DNA of 64,000 bases from an uncultured delta proteobacterium (GTDB lineage: Bacteria > Desulfobacterota > Desulfobacteria > Desulfobacterales > JAHEIW01). This document shows positions 27,068-37,037 of this stretch, piece after piece. How positions within the stretch are numbered: the stretch's first letter is position 1; each line of letters opens with the position of its first letter. Made by a program: the position numbers and the translations under genes. The stretch spans positions 160,001 through 224,000 of the forward strand of contig CAVPNL010000008.1 in the NCBI GenBank assembly GCA_963706575.1, in the 5' to 3' direction. A model generated the notes under the pieces. That model worked only from the letters and a program-made list of their open reading frames with translations, did no database searches and was not told the origin of the DNA.

Positions 27068-29281
27068 ATGAAAGTAGACAGAAGAAGTTTTTTAGCATTC
27101 GCTCTTGGCGGTGCCGCGGGGACCGCGCTGTCGCCCCTGCCTTGGAAAGTGACCGATGACTTTGCGATCTGGAGTCAGAATTGGCCCTGGACACCGGTTC
27201 CGCAAAGAGGCGAAATCAGCTCGGTCAACTCCGCCTGCACACTGTGCCCGGGCGGCTGCGGTATTTCGGTGAAAAAAGTGGGGGAACGGGTGATAAAAAT
27301 CGAGGGGCTCAAGGGACACCCCGTAAATGATGGCGGCCTGTGTATCCTGGGACTTGCCGGAGCGCAGCTGCTATATGGCCCAACGCGCATCCAGACCCCC
27401 CTGAAGAAGGCCAATGGCCGCTGGCAAAAAATATCCTGGGAAGAGGCCATTACTGAAATAGCGGCCAAACTAAAAGAACTGCGTGCCGGCGGATCAGCTC
27501 ACAAGGTGGCCTGTGTGGCCGGATCGGATCGCGGTACGGTTCCGGAGCTTTTTAACCGGTTTTTAAGCGTATACGGTTCGCCCAATTTTTTTCGGACCCC
27601 CTCGATCTGGGATTCCTATGAGCTGGCGCTTTACCTGACCCAGGGCACGCGTTCCATGGCCGGATTCGATATCGAAAACGCCGACTTTATCTTAAGTTTC
27701 GGCAGCGGTCTAATCGAAGGTTGGGGCTCTCCCGGCTATATGTTCCGGGCCAAAGCCATGATGCGCAAAAATGGCGGCCGGATGGATCAAATTGAGGCAC
27801 GTCTGTCCAAGACTGCCGCCAAATCCGATCATTGGATTGCCATTAATCCCGGCACCGAAGGTGCGCTGGCATTGGGTCTGGCGCATGTGATCATCAAAGA
27901 AAAGCTGTATAATCAAAATTTTGTGAATGGTTACACCACCGGGCTGTCCGCACGTTTCCAACAGGCCATTGACGGTTTCCCGCCGGAAATTGTTTCCAAA
28001 ACCACCGGGATCAGTTCCGGAACGATTCTGGCACTGGCCAAAGATCTTGCCGGTGCCCGTAAGCCCCTGGCGATTTGCGGAGAGGGCCAGGGTCACCAGC
28101 CAGGCGGCCTGCAGACGTTTTTAGCCGTGCATACCCTGAATGCCCTGCTGGGCAATATCAACCAACCCGGGGGCGTCTGGGCCTTACCCGAACCCGATTA
28201 TATTGATTGGCCGGAGCCGGAAATCGACGCGGTTGCCTCCGAAGGACTGCAACAGACCCGCATAGATGGCGCCGGCAGCTACCGCTATCCGAATGCCAGA
28301 TATTTATTGCAGCGCCTGCCGAAAGTCGTTAACGCCAGTGCTGAATCGCCGGTTGAGGTGCTCTTTGTTTATGATGCCAATCCGGCCTACTCGTTGCCGG
28401 ATACCGAATCGGTGAAAAAGGCGTTTGAAAAGATTCCGTTTGTCGTTAGTTTTTCTTCCTATATGGACGAAACAACGGCCCTGGCCGATTTGTTACTGCC
28501 GAACCATATCTTTCTGGAACGTTACGAAGATGTCCCGGCGGCCCTCGGTTTCCCAAAACCCATCATCGGCCTGACCCAGCCGGCCGTCGAGCCACTGTAC
28601 AATACCCGCCATACCGGCGATTTTATCATTCAACTGGCCAAAGAGCTGGGTCACACCATTGGCGCTGCGTTTCCCTGGGATGATTATGCCACCTGCCTGG
28701 AAGAAACCCTGGGCGACCAGTGGGATGCAATGGTTGAAGAGGGCTACTGGGTTAATGACGAATTCAGCGGCGCGGATTGGGCGGATGCTTTTGAGACCGC
28801 CTCGGCCAAATTCGAATTTAGCAATAACGATATCAGTACACTGGCCGGATATCGTCCGGCAAAACTCGAAGGCGATGAATCACTCTATCCGCTGGTTTTG
28901 GTGCCTTTTGACACAATGAGGCTGACCAGCGGTTATGTCGCCTCACCGCCGTTTCTTGTTAAAGCCCTTGAAGACACGATTTTAAAAGGCAATGATGTTT
29001 TGGTTGAAATCAACCCGGCAACCGCCAAACCGTTGGGACTTTCAGAAGGAAAGACCGCCAGTCTGACAACCGTCAAGGGCTCTGCTCGGGTAAAAGTGCA
29101 TCTTACCAACCGGATTATGCCCGGCCTTATCGCCATCCCCCGGGGTCTGGGCCGTACGATTGACGACAGGTTTTTAGCCGGTAGAGGCGTCAATTACAAT
29201 CAGCTTAGCAGTCCATTTGAGGATCCGGCATCCGGCCATAACGCGGCCTGGGGCATTCGTGCCAAGCTTAGCAAAGCTTAA
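27068..29281 (+). CDS. qrcB: Qrc molybdopterin-oxidoreductase-family subunit
   Basis: Tat signal DRRSFL, SPLPWK..DD.AIWSQNW, CTLCPGGC...C Fe-S motif. Confidence 0.9.
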   Translation: MKVDRRSFLAFALGGAAGTALSPLPWKVTDDFAIWSQNWPWTPVPQRGEISSVNSACTLCPGGCGISVKKVGERVIKIEGLKGHPVNDGGLCILGLAGAQLLYGPTRIQTPLKKANGRWQKISWEEAITEIAAKLKELRAGGSAHKVACVAGSDRGTVPELFNRFLSVYGSPNFFRTPSIWDSYELALYLTQGTRSMAGFDIENADFILSFGSGLIEGWGSPGYMFRAKAMMRKNGGRMDQIEARLSKTAAKSDHWIAINPGTEGALALGLAHVIIKEKLYNQNFVNGYTTGLSARFQQAIDGFPPEIVSKTTGISSGTILALAKDLAGARKPLAICGEGQGHQPGGLQTFLAVHTLNALLGNINQPGGVWALPEPDYIDWPEPEIDAVASEGLQQTRIDGAGSYRYPNARYLLQRLPKVVNASAESPVEVLFVYDANPAYSLPDTESVKKAFEKIPFVVSFSSYMDETTALADLLLPNHIFLERYEDVPAALGFPKPIIGLTQPAVEPLYNTRHTGDFIIQLAKELGHTIGAAFPWDDYATCLEETLGDQWDAMVEEGYWVNDEFSGADWADAFETASAKFEFSNNDISTLAGYRPAKLEGDESLYPLVLVPFDTMRLTSGYVASPPFLVKALEDTILKGNDVLVEINPATAKPLGLSEGKTASLTTVKGSARVKVHLTNRIMPGLIAIPRGLGRTIDDRFLAGRGVNYNQLSSPFEDPASGHNAAWGIRAKLSKA

Positions 29282-29301
29282 TTGTTTAATGATTAAATGA
29301 G

Positions 29302-30114
29302 GTGCTGATGGAAAACGAAAATGCCAAGAAATTTGGAATGGTGATAGACCTGGACAAGTGCACCGGTTGCGGTGCCTGCATGGTTGCCTGCTACGCGGAA
29401 AACAATATTCCGTTTCGCGAAGATGATACCGATAAGATGCTGAGCGTTTCCTGGATGCATGTATACAAGCTAAACAACGGGAAATCCTTTCCGGATTATG
29501 AGGAATGCTATCTTCCGCGACCGTGTCAGCATTGCGAAGCCCACGCTGGGCACTCTCCCTGTGTGTCGGTCTGCCCGGCGACGGCGACGGATTACGATAT
29601 GTCGACGGGCATCGTCAGCCAGATCTATCCGCGCTGTTTTGGATGTCGTTACTGTATGGCAGCCTGCCCTTACCATGTGCGCCAGTTCAACTGGTGGGAT
29701 CCGGTCTGGCCCGATGGCATGGAGAAAATGCTCAATCCCGGTGTATCGGTGCGCATGCGCGGGGTTGTCGAAAAATGCAGCTTCTGTATGCATCGCTACC
29801 AGGCGGCCAAAGACCAGGCTTACATGGAAGACCGGCGGGAGATCGAAGAAGACGAATATCAGACCGCCTGCACCCAGGCCTGTCCGGCCGGCGCGATCAC
29901 CTTCGGTGATTTGACCAATCCGGAACATGCGGTTCATCAAATAGCGCAACCCGATGCGGCGCACCACGGTCACTCTAAGAATCCCAAGGCCTTTCGTCTT
30001 CTGGAACGTCTGGGCACCAATACCAAGATTTATTATCTGTCCAGCCGTGGGTGGGTTCGCAAGGCCGGTGACAACTATCTGAAGGATGAAATTAAAAATA
30101 AAGCACACAGCTAA
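29302..30114 (+). CDS. qrcC: Qrc iron-sulfur subunit
   Basis: CTGCGAC, CQHC, CVSVCP, CFGCRYCMAACPY, VVEKCSFC, CTQACP. Confidence 0.9.
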   Translation: MLMENENAKKFGMVIDLDKCTGCGACMVACYAENNIPFREDDTDKMLSVSWMHVYKLNNGKSFPDYEECYLPRPCQHCEAHAGHSPCVSVCPATATDYDMSTGIVSQIYPRCFGCRYCMAACPYHVRQFNWWDPVWPDGMEKMLNPGVSVRMRGVVEKCSFCMHRYQAAKDQAYMEDRREIEEDEYQTACTQACPAGAITFGDLTNPEHAVHQIAQPDAAHHGHSKNPKAFRLLERLGTNTKIYYLSSRGWVRKAGDNYLKDEIKNKAHS

Positions 30115-30131
30115 CACGTCAATTTAGGAGC

Positions 30132-31478
30132 ATGGAACTTATGGATTCTGCCTTAATTCCCAAAGGGGTTAAACGCTGTCCAATCTGGCAATTTGGCCTG
30201 TGGATTGCCGCAAATGGTGCGGTTTTGACCTGGGGTGTTTTTGCGATGCTGCTGGTTTACATCAAAGGCCTTAACCAGACGAATATGAACAACGCCTACG
30301 GCTTTGCGCTGTGGATCTGGGCCGACCTTGCCGTAATTGCACTGGGCGGCGGCGCGTTTTTTACCGGTTTTTTAAGGTATATTGTCGGTAAAGACGAATT
30401 GAAGAATATTATCAATTATGCCGTGCTGATCGGATTTATCTGCTACAGTTCGGCGCTGATGATTCTGGGTTTCGATATCGGTCAACCCTTGCGGGGATGG
30501 TTTATTTTCTGGCATGCCAACGTTCACTCTATGCTGACCGAAGTGGCTTTTTGTCTGACCTGTTATTTCGGGGTGCTGACTATTGAATATATTCCCATGG
30601 TGCTGGAAAACCGCAAGATTGACAAAGTGCCGTTCTTTCATCACCTGGGTCACAACATGCATGAAATCATGGCGGTCTTTGCCGCCACGGGCGCCTTTCT
30701 GTCCTTTTTTCACCAGGGCTCCTTGGGCGGGGTGCCCGGCGTTTTGTTTGGCCGTCCTTTCGGTTTTCGGGAAGGGGTATTGGTCTGGCCCTGGACCTTT
30801 TTTCTGTTCACCTGGTCCGCGGCTGCCTTTGGGCCCTGCTTTACCATATTTATTACCAAAATAACCGAAACTATTGCACGCAAAAAACTGGTCAAGGACA
30901 ATGTTATCGATCTGCTGGCCAAAATATCGGGCTGGATGATTTTTTTCTATATTATCGCAAAGATCGTCGATACGGTGTATTGGGCAAATGTGACGGCGCC
31001 GGCTAAAGGCTTGACCTTTTGGGATTTTTACAGCAACAACCCGGGTTCGGCCTATGGGATTTGGATTTTGATTGCCGAAGTCGGCATCTGCGGTGTCCTG
31101 CCGGCTCTGATTTTGATTACCCCCAAACTTCGCCAAACCCAGGCGACTCTATGGCTGGCGGTCTTTCTGGGGGTGATCGGCGTGTGTCTCAATCGCTGGG
31201 TGATGGTGCTGCAGGTGTTGGCCATTCCGGTGCTGCCGTTTGAAAACTGGTTTGCCTATTTGCCGAGCTGGCAGGAAGTCGCCACCACCTTGTTACCGGT
31301 GGCTTACGGTGTTATTCTGATTTCAGTATCGTATCGCTATCTGCCGATTTTTCCCCAGGAACAGGAACTCAATCCGATCGATGAACCGGCAGCTCAGGCT
31401 GAAGTTGTCGAACCCGAACCGGAACCGGAACCGACCGGGACCGGACCCGAACCGGAATTGAGCCCGGCGGAGTCATAG
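30132..31478 (+). CDS. qrcD: Qrc NrfD/PsrC-family integral membrane subunit
   Basis: DLAVIALGGGAFF, DIGQPLR, SMLTEV, FHQGSLGG; Pro/Glu-rich tail. Confidence 0.9.
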   Translation: MELMDSALIPKGVKRCPIWQFGLWIAANGAVLTWGVFAMLLVYIKGLNQTNMNNAYGFALWIWADLAVIALGGGAFFTGFLRYIVGKDELKNIINYAVLIGFICYSSALMILGFDIGQPLRGWFIFWHANVHSMLTEVAFCLTCYFGVLTIEYIPMVLENRKIDKVPFFHHLGHNMHEIMAVFAATGAFLSFFHQGSLGGVPGVLFGRPFGFREGVLVWPWTFFLFTWSAAAFGPCFTIFITKITETIARKKLVKDNVIDLLAKISGWMIFFYIIAKIVDTVYWANVTAPAKGLTFWDFYSNNPGSAYGIWILIAEVGICGVLPALILITPKLRQTQATLWLAVFLGVIGVCLNRWVMVLQVLAIPVLPFENWFAYLPSWQEVATTLLPVAYGVILISVSYRYLPIFPQEQELNPIDEPAAQAEVVEPEPEPEPTGTGPEPELSPAES

Positions 31479-31603
31479 TGAGGGTAAGCGCTAAATTGGC
31501 AAGCCTTACAATCAGTTCTGAGACTTCGTTTTTTTAGATTTTTTTAACCACGAAGGGCACGAAGTTCACAAAGATTTAGAACAAAAATGTATGGAGGAAT
31601 TGC

Positions 31604-31762
31604 ATGTTTCCGTTTAGTTTCGAATGGATCTGGGATGCAGGACATCTGGTGTTTCATGGGGGGCTCTGGTACGCATTAACCATACTCGGTTTAGGGATAA
31701 CCTATTGTATCGTAAAAGCAGCTCTGGATGCCGCTAAAGGTAACGGCAGCCATCACCACTGA
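31604..31762 (+). CDS. 52-aa single-TM protein in the qrc operon (not in the ORF track)
   Basis: GGAGGA SD, then MFPFSFEWIWDAGHLVFHGGLWYALTILGLGITYCIVKAALDAAKGNGSHHH*, located between qrcD and the terminator. Confidence 0.75.
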   Translation: MFPFSFEWIWDAGHLVFHGGLWYALTILGLGITYCIVKAALDAAKGNGSHHH

Positions 31763-31782
31763 TTCCAGAATCGATAAATGTT

Positions 31783-31821
31783 AAAAAGCGCTTGCCCACC
31801 ATAACAGGGGAGCGCTTTTTT
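31783..31821 (+). terminator. Terminator of the qrc operon
   Basis: AAAAAGCGCT-TGCCC...GGGG-AGCGCTTTTTT. Confidence 0.7.
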
Positions 31822-31876
31822 ATTTCAGTTACGCTATGCTATTATTTTTTTGCATTCTTTTTAGAGACGGGATTCT

Positions 31877-31962
31877 TACCACGAAGGACACGAAGTTCAT
31901 GAAGGGTTTTAAGATCAATCCTAAAATTATCCTTCTTTGTGTTCTTCGTGATCTTCGTGGTA
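31877..31962. repeat. Nonamer-repeat palindrome (CACGAAGNN)
   Basis: TACCACGAAGGACACGAAGTTCATGAAG ... CTTTGTGTTCTTCGTGATCTTCGTGGTA; a half copy lies at 31546-31573. Confidence 0.75.
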
Positions 31963-32004
31963 TCATAATAATATAGCTCCAACATGGCCGAATAAGGAGT
32001 TCGG

Positions 32005-33255
32005 ATGGACAAAATTCTAGTCGAAGGCGGACGCCGGCTAAAAGGGCGGGTGCGGATCAGCGGCGCCAAAAATGCAGCGCTGCCCATTTTGGTCTCTTCG
32101 CTGTTAGCCGAAGGGTCCAATACCTATTCCAATGTACCGGATCTAAAAGACGTTGAAAGTATTAAACTGCTGCTTTCCAACCTCGGCGCCCGCGCCGAGG
32201 CGCACGGCGATACGGTTCACGTTGACACGGGGCGCATCCTCAGCTATGAGGCGCCTTATGACCTGGTTCGAAAGATGCGGGCGTCCATACTGGTTCTGGG
32301 GCCCATGCTTGCGCGCCTTCAAAAGGCCAGAGTATCCCTTCCCGGGGGCTGTGCCATCGGCGCTCGGCCGATTAACCTTCATTTGAAGGGGTTGGCCCAG
32401 TTGGGCGCCGACATTCAACTGGAACACGGCTATGTCCAGGCCGAAGCCAAAAAACTAAAAGGGGCCGACATTTACTTCGATACCGTGACGGTAACCGGCA
32501 CTGAGAACCTGATGATGGCCGCCGTTTTAGCCGAAGGCACCACTATTTTACGGAATGCGGCCCGGGAGCCCGAAGTCACGGCCCTGGCCGAGGTGCTTTG
32601 TCAAATGGGGGCTGATATTCAAGGGGCCGGAACGGCGGTTATTACCATTAAAGGCGTAACGTCGTTAAGGCCGGTATCCGTGAAGATCATTCCGGATCGA
32701 ATCGAAACCGGTACATTTATGATTGCGGCGGCCCTGACTCACGGCGACGTCACCCTGATGGATTGCGAGCCGGATCATGTGGGAGCCTGTATCGATAAGT
32801 TGAAGCGCGTGGGAGTCAAAATCAGCATTCATGAAAAAACCATCCATGTTCACGGTAATGATGAAATCATCAGCGTAGATGTTAAAACCCAGCCATATCC
32901 GGGATTTGCGACGGATATGCAGGCCCAATTCATGGTGTTGATGAGCGTTGCCAACGGCACCAGCATCATTACTGAAACGATATTTGAAAACCGCTTTATT
33001 CATGTCAGCGAATTAAAGCGTATGGGTGCGGATATTAAAATTTCAGGCAATACCGCCATGGTTAAAGGTGTGCCCGGCCTATCTGCCGCTCCCGTGATGG
33101 CCACCGATCTTAGAGCCAGTGCTTCTCTGATCCTGGCCGGTCTTGTAGCTGAAGGCCGGACCGAAATTAACCGCGTCTATCATCTGGACCGGGGCTATGA
33201 AGCCATCGAAGAGAAGTTCTCTGAACTGGGAGCAGCAATCCGGCGCGTAAAATAG
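32005..33255 (+). CDS. murA: UDP-N-acetylglucosamine 1-carboxyvinyltransferase
   Basis: [42 protein letters not shown]. Confidence 0.97.
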   Translation: MDKILVEGGRRLKGRVRISGAKNAALPILVSSLLAEGSNTYSNVPDLKDVESIKLLLSNLGARAEAHGDTVHVDTGRILSYEAPYDLVRKMRASILVLGPMLARLQKARVSLPGGCAIGARPINLHLKGLAQLGADIQLEHGYVQAEAKKLKGADIYFDTVTVTGTENLMMAAVLAEGTTILRNAAREPEVTALAEVLCQMGADIQGAGTAVITIKGVTSLRPVSVKIIPDRIETGTFMIAAALTHGDVTLMDCEPDHVGACIDKLKRVGVKISIHEKTIHVHGNDEIISVDVKTQPYPGFATDMQAQFMVLMSVANGTSIITETIFENRFIHVSELKRMGADIKISGNTAMVKGVPGLSAAPVMATDLRASASLILAGLVAEGRTEINRVYHLDRGYEAIEEKFSELGAAIRRVK

Positions 33256-33268
33256 GGCGTCTGACAAA

Positions 33269-35914
33269 ATGGTCAGCCATTTCTACATGCGCCCCATTGC
33301 GGCGCTTCTGATATCGCTTATGGGCGGCATCGTTTTGGGGTCTCAATTTTCCGGTCATACGATCGGCACACTGGCCATCGTTTTTTTCAGCACCGGTTTT
33401 ATCGGGATCAATCTCATTCGTAAAAAAGCGGTCGGTCTAAGTCCCATTATTTTATATGTTGCTTTAGGCTATGTTGCGGTCCAGCCCTGGGTTGCGCCCC
33501 ATTTTTCCGCGAATCACATCCAAAAATTTTCAGATGAAACCCGCTGGCAAATTGCCGGTGTGGTGGACTCCCATCCGGTTGAATTATCATATCTAAAAAA
33601 ATTTGTTTTGCGTGCGGATACCCTTAAGCACAAAAAAAAGTCATACCGGGTCACCGGAAGGATTCGGGTGACCGTGAGCGGTCAGGGCCCGGTGTTTGCC
33701 AGGGGTGATCGGCTGGTGTTTCGCAGCCGCCTGCGGCAGCCCCGCAACTTCAACAACCCGGGAGCGTTTAACTACCGCCGCTATATGGCGTTTAAAGGTC
33801 TGTGGCGCACCGCTTATACCAAAGGCAGCCGGCTGCAAGTGGTGCAAAGAGCCTCAGCAGGCGATCTGGCGCAACAGCTCAACGATGTCCGGCGGGAACT
33901 GGCGGCGTTGATCGACAGGGCTGGCAGCGGGTCTTCCGCCGCTGTCCTTAAAGCGCTGGTTATCGGTGATCGTACCGCCATATCCTCAGATGTCCGTGAT
34001 GGGTTCAATCGGGCCGGCGTGGGCCATATCCTGGCGATTTCGGGGCTTCATATCGGGATCGTTGCAACCGTGGCGTTTTTCTTTTTTCATAAACTGTTGC
34101 GTCTGGTGCGGCCCCTGCTGTGGCGGGCCTGGACGCGCAAGGGGGCGGCTGTCCTTTCACTGGTCCCGGTCTGCATCTATGGGCTGGTGTCCGGGATGTC
34201 GCCTTCAACCCAGCGGGCGGTGATCATGGTCGGCGCGTTTTTAATGACTTTTCTGTTTGAACGCGAGAGCGATACAATGAATACGCTGGCCCTGGCTGCT
34301 TTTATCATCCTGATATGGTTTCCGCCGGCACTTTTTTCAATTTCTTTTCAACTTTCATTTGCGGCGGTATTGTCGATTATTTACGGATTGTCCTGCATCC
34401 AGCAGGCGGCGCCGATCGACGGGCAAAACGCCAAAAGCGGGATCGTTAGATGGGGTTTTGAAACCACTTTTAATCAATTGCGCCGAAAAGTGGTCGCATT
34501 TTTCCTGGTATCATTGTTGGCGATTTGCGGGACGTTGCCGCTGGTGATGTTTTATTTCAATCAGATATCGCTTATCGGGCTTTTGGCCAACTTTGTGGTT
34601 GTACCGCTGGTGGGCCTTGTTGTCATTCCCTGTGGGCTCCTGACGCTCTTCATATATCCCGTCAGCAGCCCGATAGCCTACGGCTGTGTCAAAATCTGTC
34701 TGTTTGTACTGGATTACGTGCTGCTGGTCATAAACTATTTTGCAGATCTGCCCTTTGCTGCAGTCAAAACCTTTACGCCCAGTTCGTTTGAGATGGTGTG
34801 CTATTACGTGCTGGGTTGGGCGGTGCTGAAGGGGTTGAACACCCGACAGACCCCGGCGGGTTATCGCAATCTTCCAAACGCTCGCACGGATCATGTCCCT
34901 GAACAGCACTGGTACTTAAAACTCCACGGCAGATTCGGCTCGAACCGCCTTTTTTCCCGGGTCGCAGCGGTACGCAAATTGCTGACAACGGGATTTGCCG
35001 CAAAGAGGAGTGCCATTATCGGGCTGGTGGTTGTTTTGGCGCTGATGGTTGACGCGGGTTACTGGTTTGCCCGGCGCCACCTGAATGGCGACCTGCGGGT
35101 GACTTACATTGACGTGGGGCAGGGCAGTTCTGCGCTTCTGGAGTTGCCCGATGGCCATACGGTCCTGGTTGATGGCGGCGGCTTTTCAGATAATAGTACC
35201 TTTGACATGGGAGCCCGGGTGCTGGCACCGTTTTTGTGGCGCAAAAAGATTCGAACCATTGACACGCTGGTGCTTTCGCATCCCAACAGTGATCATCTCA
35301 ACGGTCTTATTTTTATTGCCCGGTATTTCAACGTCAAAACGATCTGGACGAACAATGAAACCCGGACCACTCAGGGTTACGAACGTTTGCAAAACATTGT
35401 TTCCCAAAAACAGATAAACCTGCCGGACTTTCAACGCATGCCCCGCCAGCTGTTGATCAACGGGGTCGAATTTTGTTTCCTTTATCCTCCCGCTGATTTT
35501 TTAGCTCAAAAAGCGAACCAAAAATGGCGCAGCACCAATAATAATTCGCTGGTTGTCAAAGTATCTTTTGGCGATATTTCATTTTTGTTTGCAGGGGACA
35601 TTATGGCTGAAGCCGAACAGGAACTGGTGGATCTTGCCGGTGCGGATTTGGCCTGCGATGTCCTGCTGGTACCGCATCATGGTAGCCGGACTTCAAGCAG
35701 CCAACCTTTTTTATCGAGCGTTCAGCCGGATGTTGCGGTGTTCTCTGCCGGCTGGAAAAACAGATTTCGATTTCCGCATTCATCAGTTTTAGATGCCTAT
35801 GACAAGATCGGATGCCGCATATTTCGTACCGACCGAAATGGCGCCATTATGCTCAAAACAGACGGGAAGCGCCTGACGGTGATGCCCTTCCTCTCATCGG
35901 AGGATCCGCCTTAA
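33269..35914 (+). CDS. comEC: Competence protein ComEC/Rec2 (DUF4131, Competence and metallo-beta-lactamase domains)
   Basis: NFNNPGAFNY, HILAISGLH, SFQLSF, DVGQG, SHPNSDH, PHHGS, RTDRNGAI. Confidence 0.93.
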   Translation: MVSHFYMRPIAALLISLMGGIVLGSQFSGHTIGTLAIVFFSTGFIGINLIRKKAVGLSPIILYVALGYVAVQPWVAPHFSANHIQKFSDETRWQIAGVVDSHPVELSYLKKFVLRADTLKHKKKSYRVTGRIRVTVSGQGPVFARGDRLVFRSRLRQPRNFNNPGAFNYRRYMAFKGLWRTAYTKGSRLQVVQRASAGDLAQQLNDVRRELAALIDRAGSGSSAAVLKALVIGDRTAISSDVRDGFNRAGVGHILAISGLHIGIVATVAFFFFHKLLRLVRPLLWRAWTRKGAAVLSLVPVCIYGLVSGMSPSTQRAVIMVGAFLMTFLFERESDTMNTLALAAFIILIWFPPALFSISFQLSFAAVLSIIYGLSCIQQAAPIDGQNAKSGIVRWGFETTFNQLRRKVVAFFLVSLLAICGTLPLVMFYFNQISLIGLLANFVVVPLVGLVVIPCGLLTLFIYPVSSPIAYGCVKICLFVLDYVLLVINYFADLPFAAVKTFTPSSFEMVCYYVLGWAVLKGLNTRQTPAGYRNLPNARTDHVPEQHWYLKLHGRFGSNRLFSRVAAVRKLLTTGFAAKRSAIIGLVVVLALMVDAGYWFARRHLNGDLRVTYIDVGQGSSALLELPDGHTVLVDGGGFSDNSTFDMGARVLAPFLWRKKIRTIDTLVLSHPNSDHLNGLIFIARYFNVKTIWTNNETRTTQGYERLQNIVSQKQINLPDFQRMPRQLLINGVEFCFLYPPADFLAQKANQKWRSTNNNSLVVKVSFGDISFLFAGDIMAEAEQELVDLAGADLACDVLLVPHHGSRTSSSQPFLSSVQPDVAVFSAGWKNRFRFPHSSVLDAYDKIGCRIFRTDRNGAIMLKTDGKRLTVMPFLSSEDPP
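34446..34473. mobile_element. Right-end relic of the MITE-like family inside comEC, in frame
   Basis: TTAGATGGGGTTTTGAAACCACTTTTAA versus the copy D end TTAGATGGGGTTTTAAAACCACTTCTAA (2 mismatches in 28). Confidence 0.7.
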
Positions 35915-35940
35915 GGCGTCTCCTCCAATGGAAGTTAGAT

Positions 35941-36034
35941 GTCATCGGTTATTCGTTATTGGTAAAAATGATGAAAGATATATTTTGGGTCTCTGATCTC
36001 ACCAACCTCAAATATCGAATACCCAATAACAATT
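35941..36034. repeat. Degenerate heptamer-repeat palindrome
   Basis: GTTATTC/GTTATTG left arm and GAATACC/CAATAAC right arm. Confidence 0.5.
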
Positions 36035-36104
36035 AACACCGGTTGAGTGCTTTAGCCTCAATCGGTTTGTCTTTCTCTAAGTATTTTTATTATAATAAAA
36101 AAGT

Positions 36105-36131
36105 TAAGTATTAACTGGAACGTGCCGATAA
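36105..36131 (+). promoter_or_regulatory. Sigma28 (FliA)-type promoter
   Basis: TAAG-15 bp-GCCGATAA upstream of ORF 36188. Confidence 0.6.
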
Positions 36132-36187
36132 TATGTTCAGCACGTGTAACCGCAAGCGCGAGGCATGTCCTAAAATCGCCTTAAAAC

Positions 36188-36961
36188 GTGGACCTATTTG
36201 AAGGAATGATACCTATGAGTACGAAAGCAATTGAAATTCTGACAGATGCCATGAAAGAATATTACGGCAATTATGAACTCGAGGAGCTTTGCAACCAGTT
36301 CAATATCGATGTGGACTACCTGGGGGTCAATCTCAATCATGTAAAGCTGGCCAACAATCTGGTCAGCCATAACGATTTCGGGCATCAACAGCTGCTGTCA
36401 AAATTGCTGCAGGATCTGGTGCAGCGCTGTGACCAGCGAATTTTAAATTCAACCTGGGAAAGCAATGTTTTTGACGAGCAGATGAAGCCGCAGTTAAAAA
36501 AGCTGCAGCTTCTGCTGGCCCATAATAAAAAACCGGTTCGAATTGCCGAAGCCAAAAACTATCATTTAAAAGCCATAACAGAGGCCATAAAATTTTTTAG
36601 CACCGCCCAGACTGCGGTTACCCTGGTGGATACCCAGTTTGGCAGCACGACATTTGAATGCCTTAAAGCGGTTCAGCATCCCCTGCGATTACTGACGAGC
36701 CGTGAGGAAAAGTCGCTAGCCGGCGGCTTCGATGCTATTTTAAAAAGTTTTTGTTCCAGCTGTCCGGATGTTGAGATTCGGCGTCATGTCATGCTTCATG
36801 ACCGTTACATTTTCTTTAATGGTCGCTGCTGGATGGCTGGTTCATCGCTGGATACCATTGAGAGCAAACCCATGAACATCATCGAATGCATCGACCTCAA
36901 AGCAGCAGTTGCCAGAGAAATCGAGCGCAAATGGCGCGAAGCCGAAAAATATATCATTTAA
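36188..36961 (+). CDS. Hypothetical protein with a helical N-domain and a PLD-like C-terminal domain
   Basis: 257-aa ORF; the C-terminal LVDTQF...LRLLT...EIRRHVMLHDRYIFFNGRCWMAGSSL resembles HxR-variant PLD-fold domains. The true start may be a downstream ATG. Confidence 0.6.
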   Translation: MDLFEGMIPMSTKAIEILTDAMKEYYGNYELEELCNQFNIDVDYLGVNLNHVKLANNLVSHNDFGHQQLLSKLLQDLVQRCDQRILNSTWESNVFDEQMKPQLKKLQLLLAHNKKPVRIAEAKNYHLKAITEAIKFFSTAQTAVTLVDTQFGSTTFECLKAVQHPLRLLTSREEKSLAGGFDAILKSFCSSCPDVEIRRHVMLHDRYIFFNGRCWMAGSSLDTIESKPMNIIECIDLKAAVAREIERKWREAEKYII

Positions 36962-37037
36962 GGAAAAACAGGTGCGAGCAGAAACGAGCGGTTTCCTTTT
37001 TGGGGAGGCTGCTTTTTTTTAGTTTGCGAGCGACGGG

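Noticed and set aside
31410..31460. GAACCG tandem repeats
   Set aside because: Coding low-complexity Glu/Pro tail of QrcD.
36133..36150. parS-like palindrome around CACGTG
   Set aside because: Too many mismatches to TGTTTCACGTGAAACA; no convincing parS was seen in the window.
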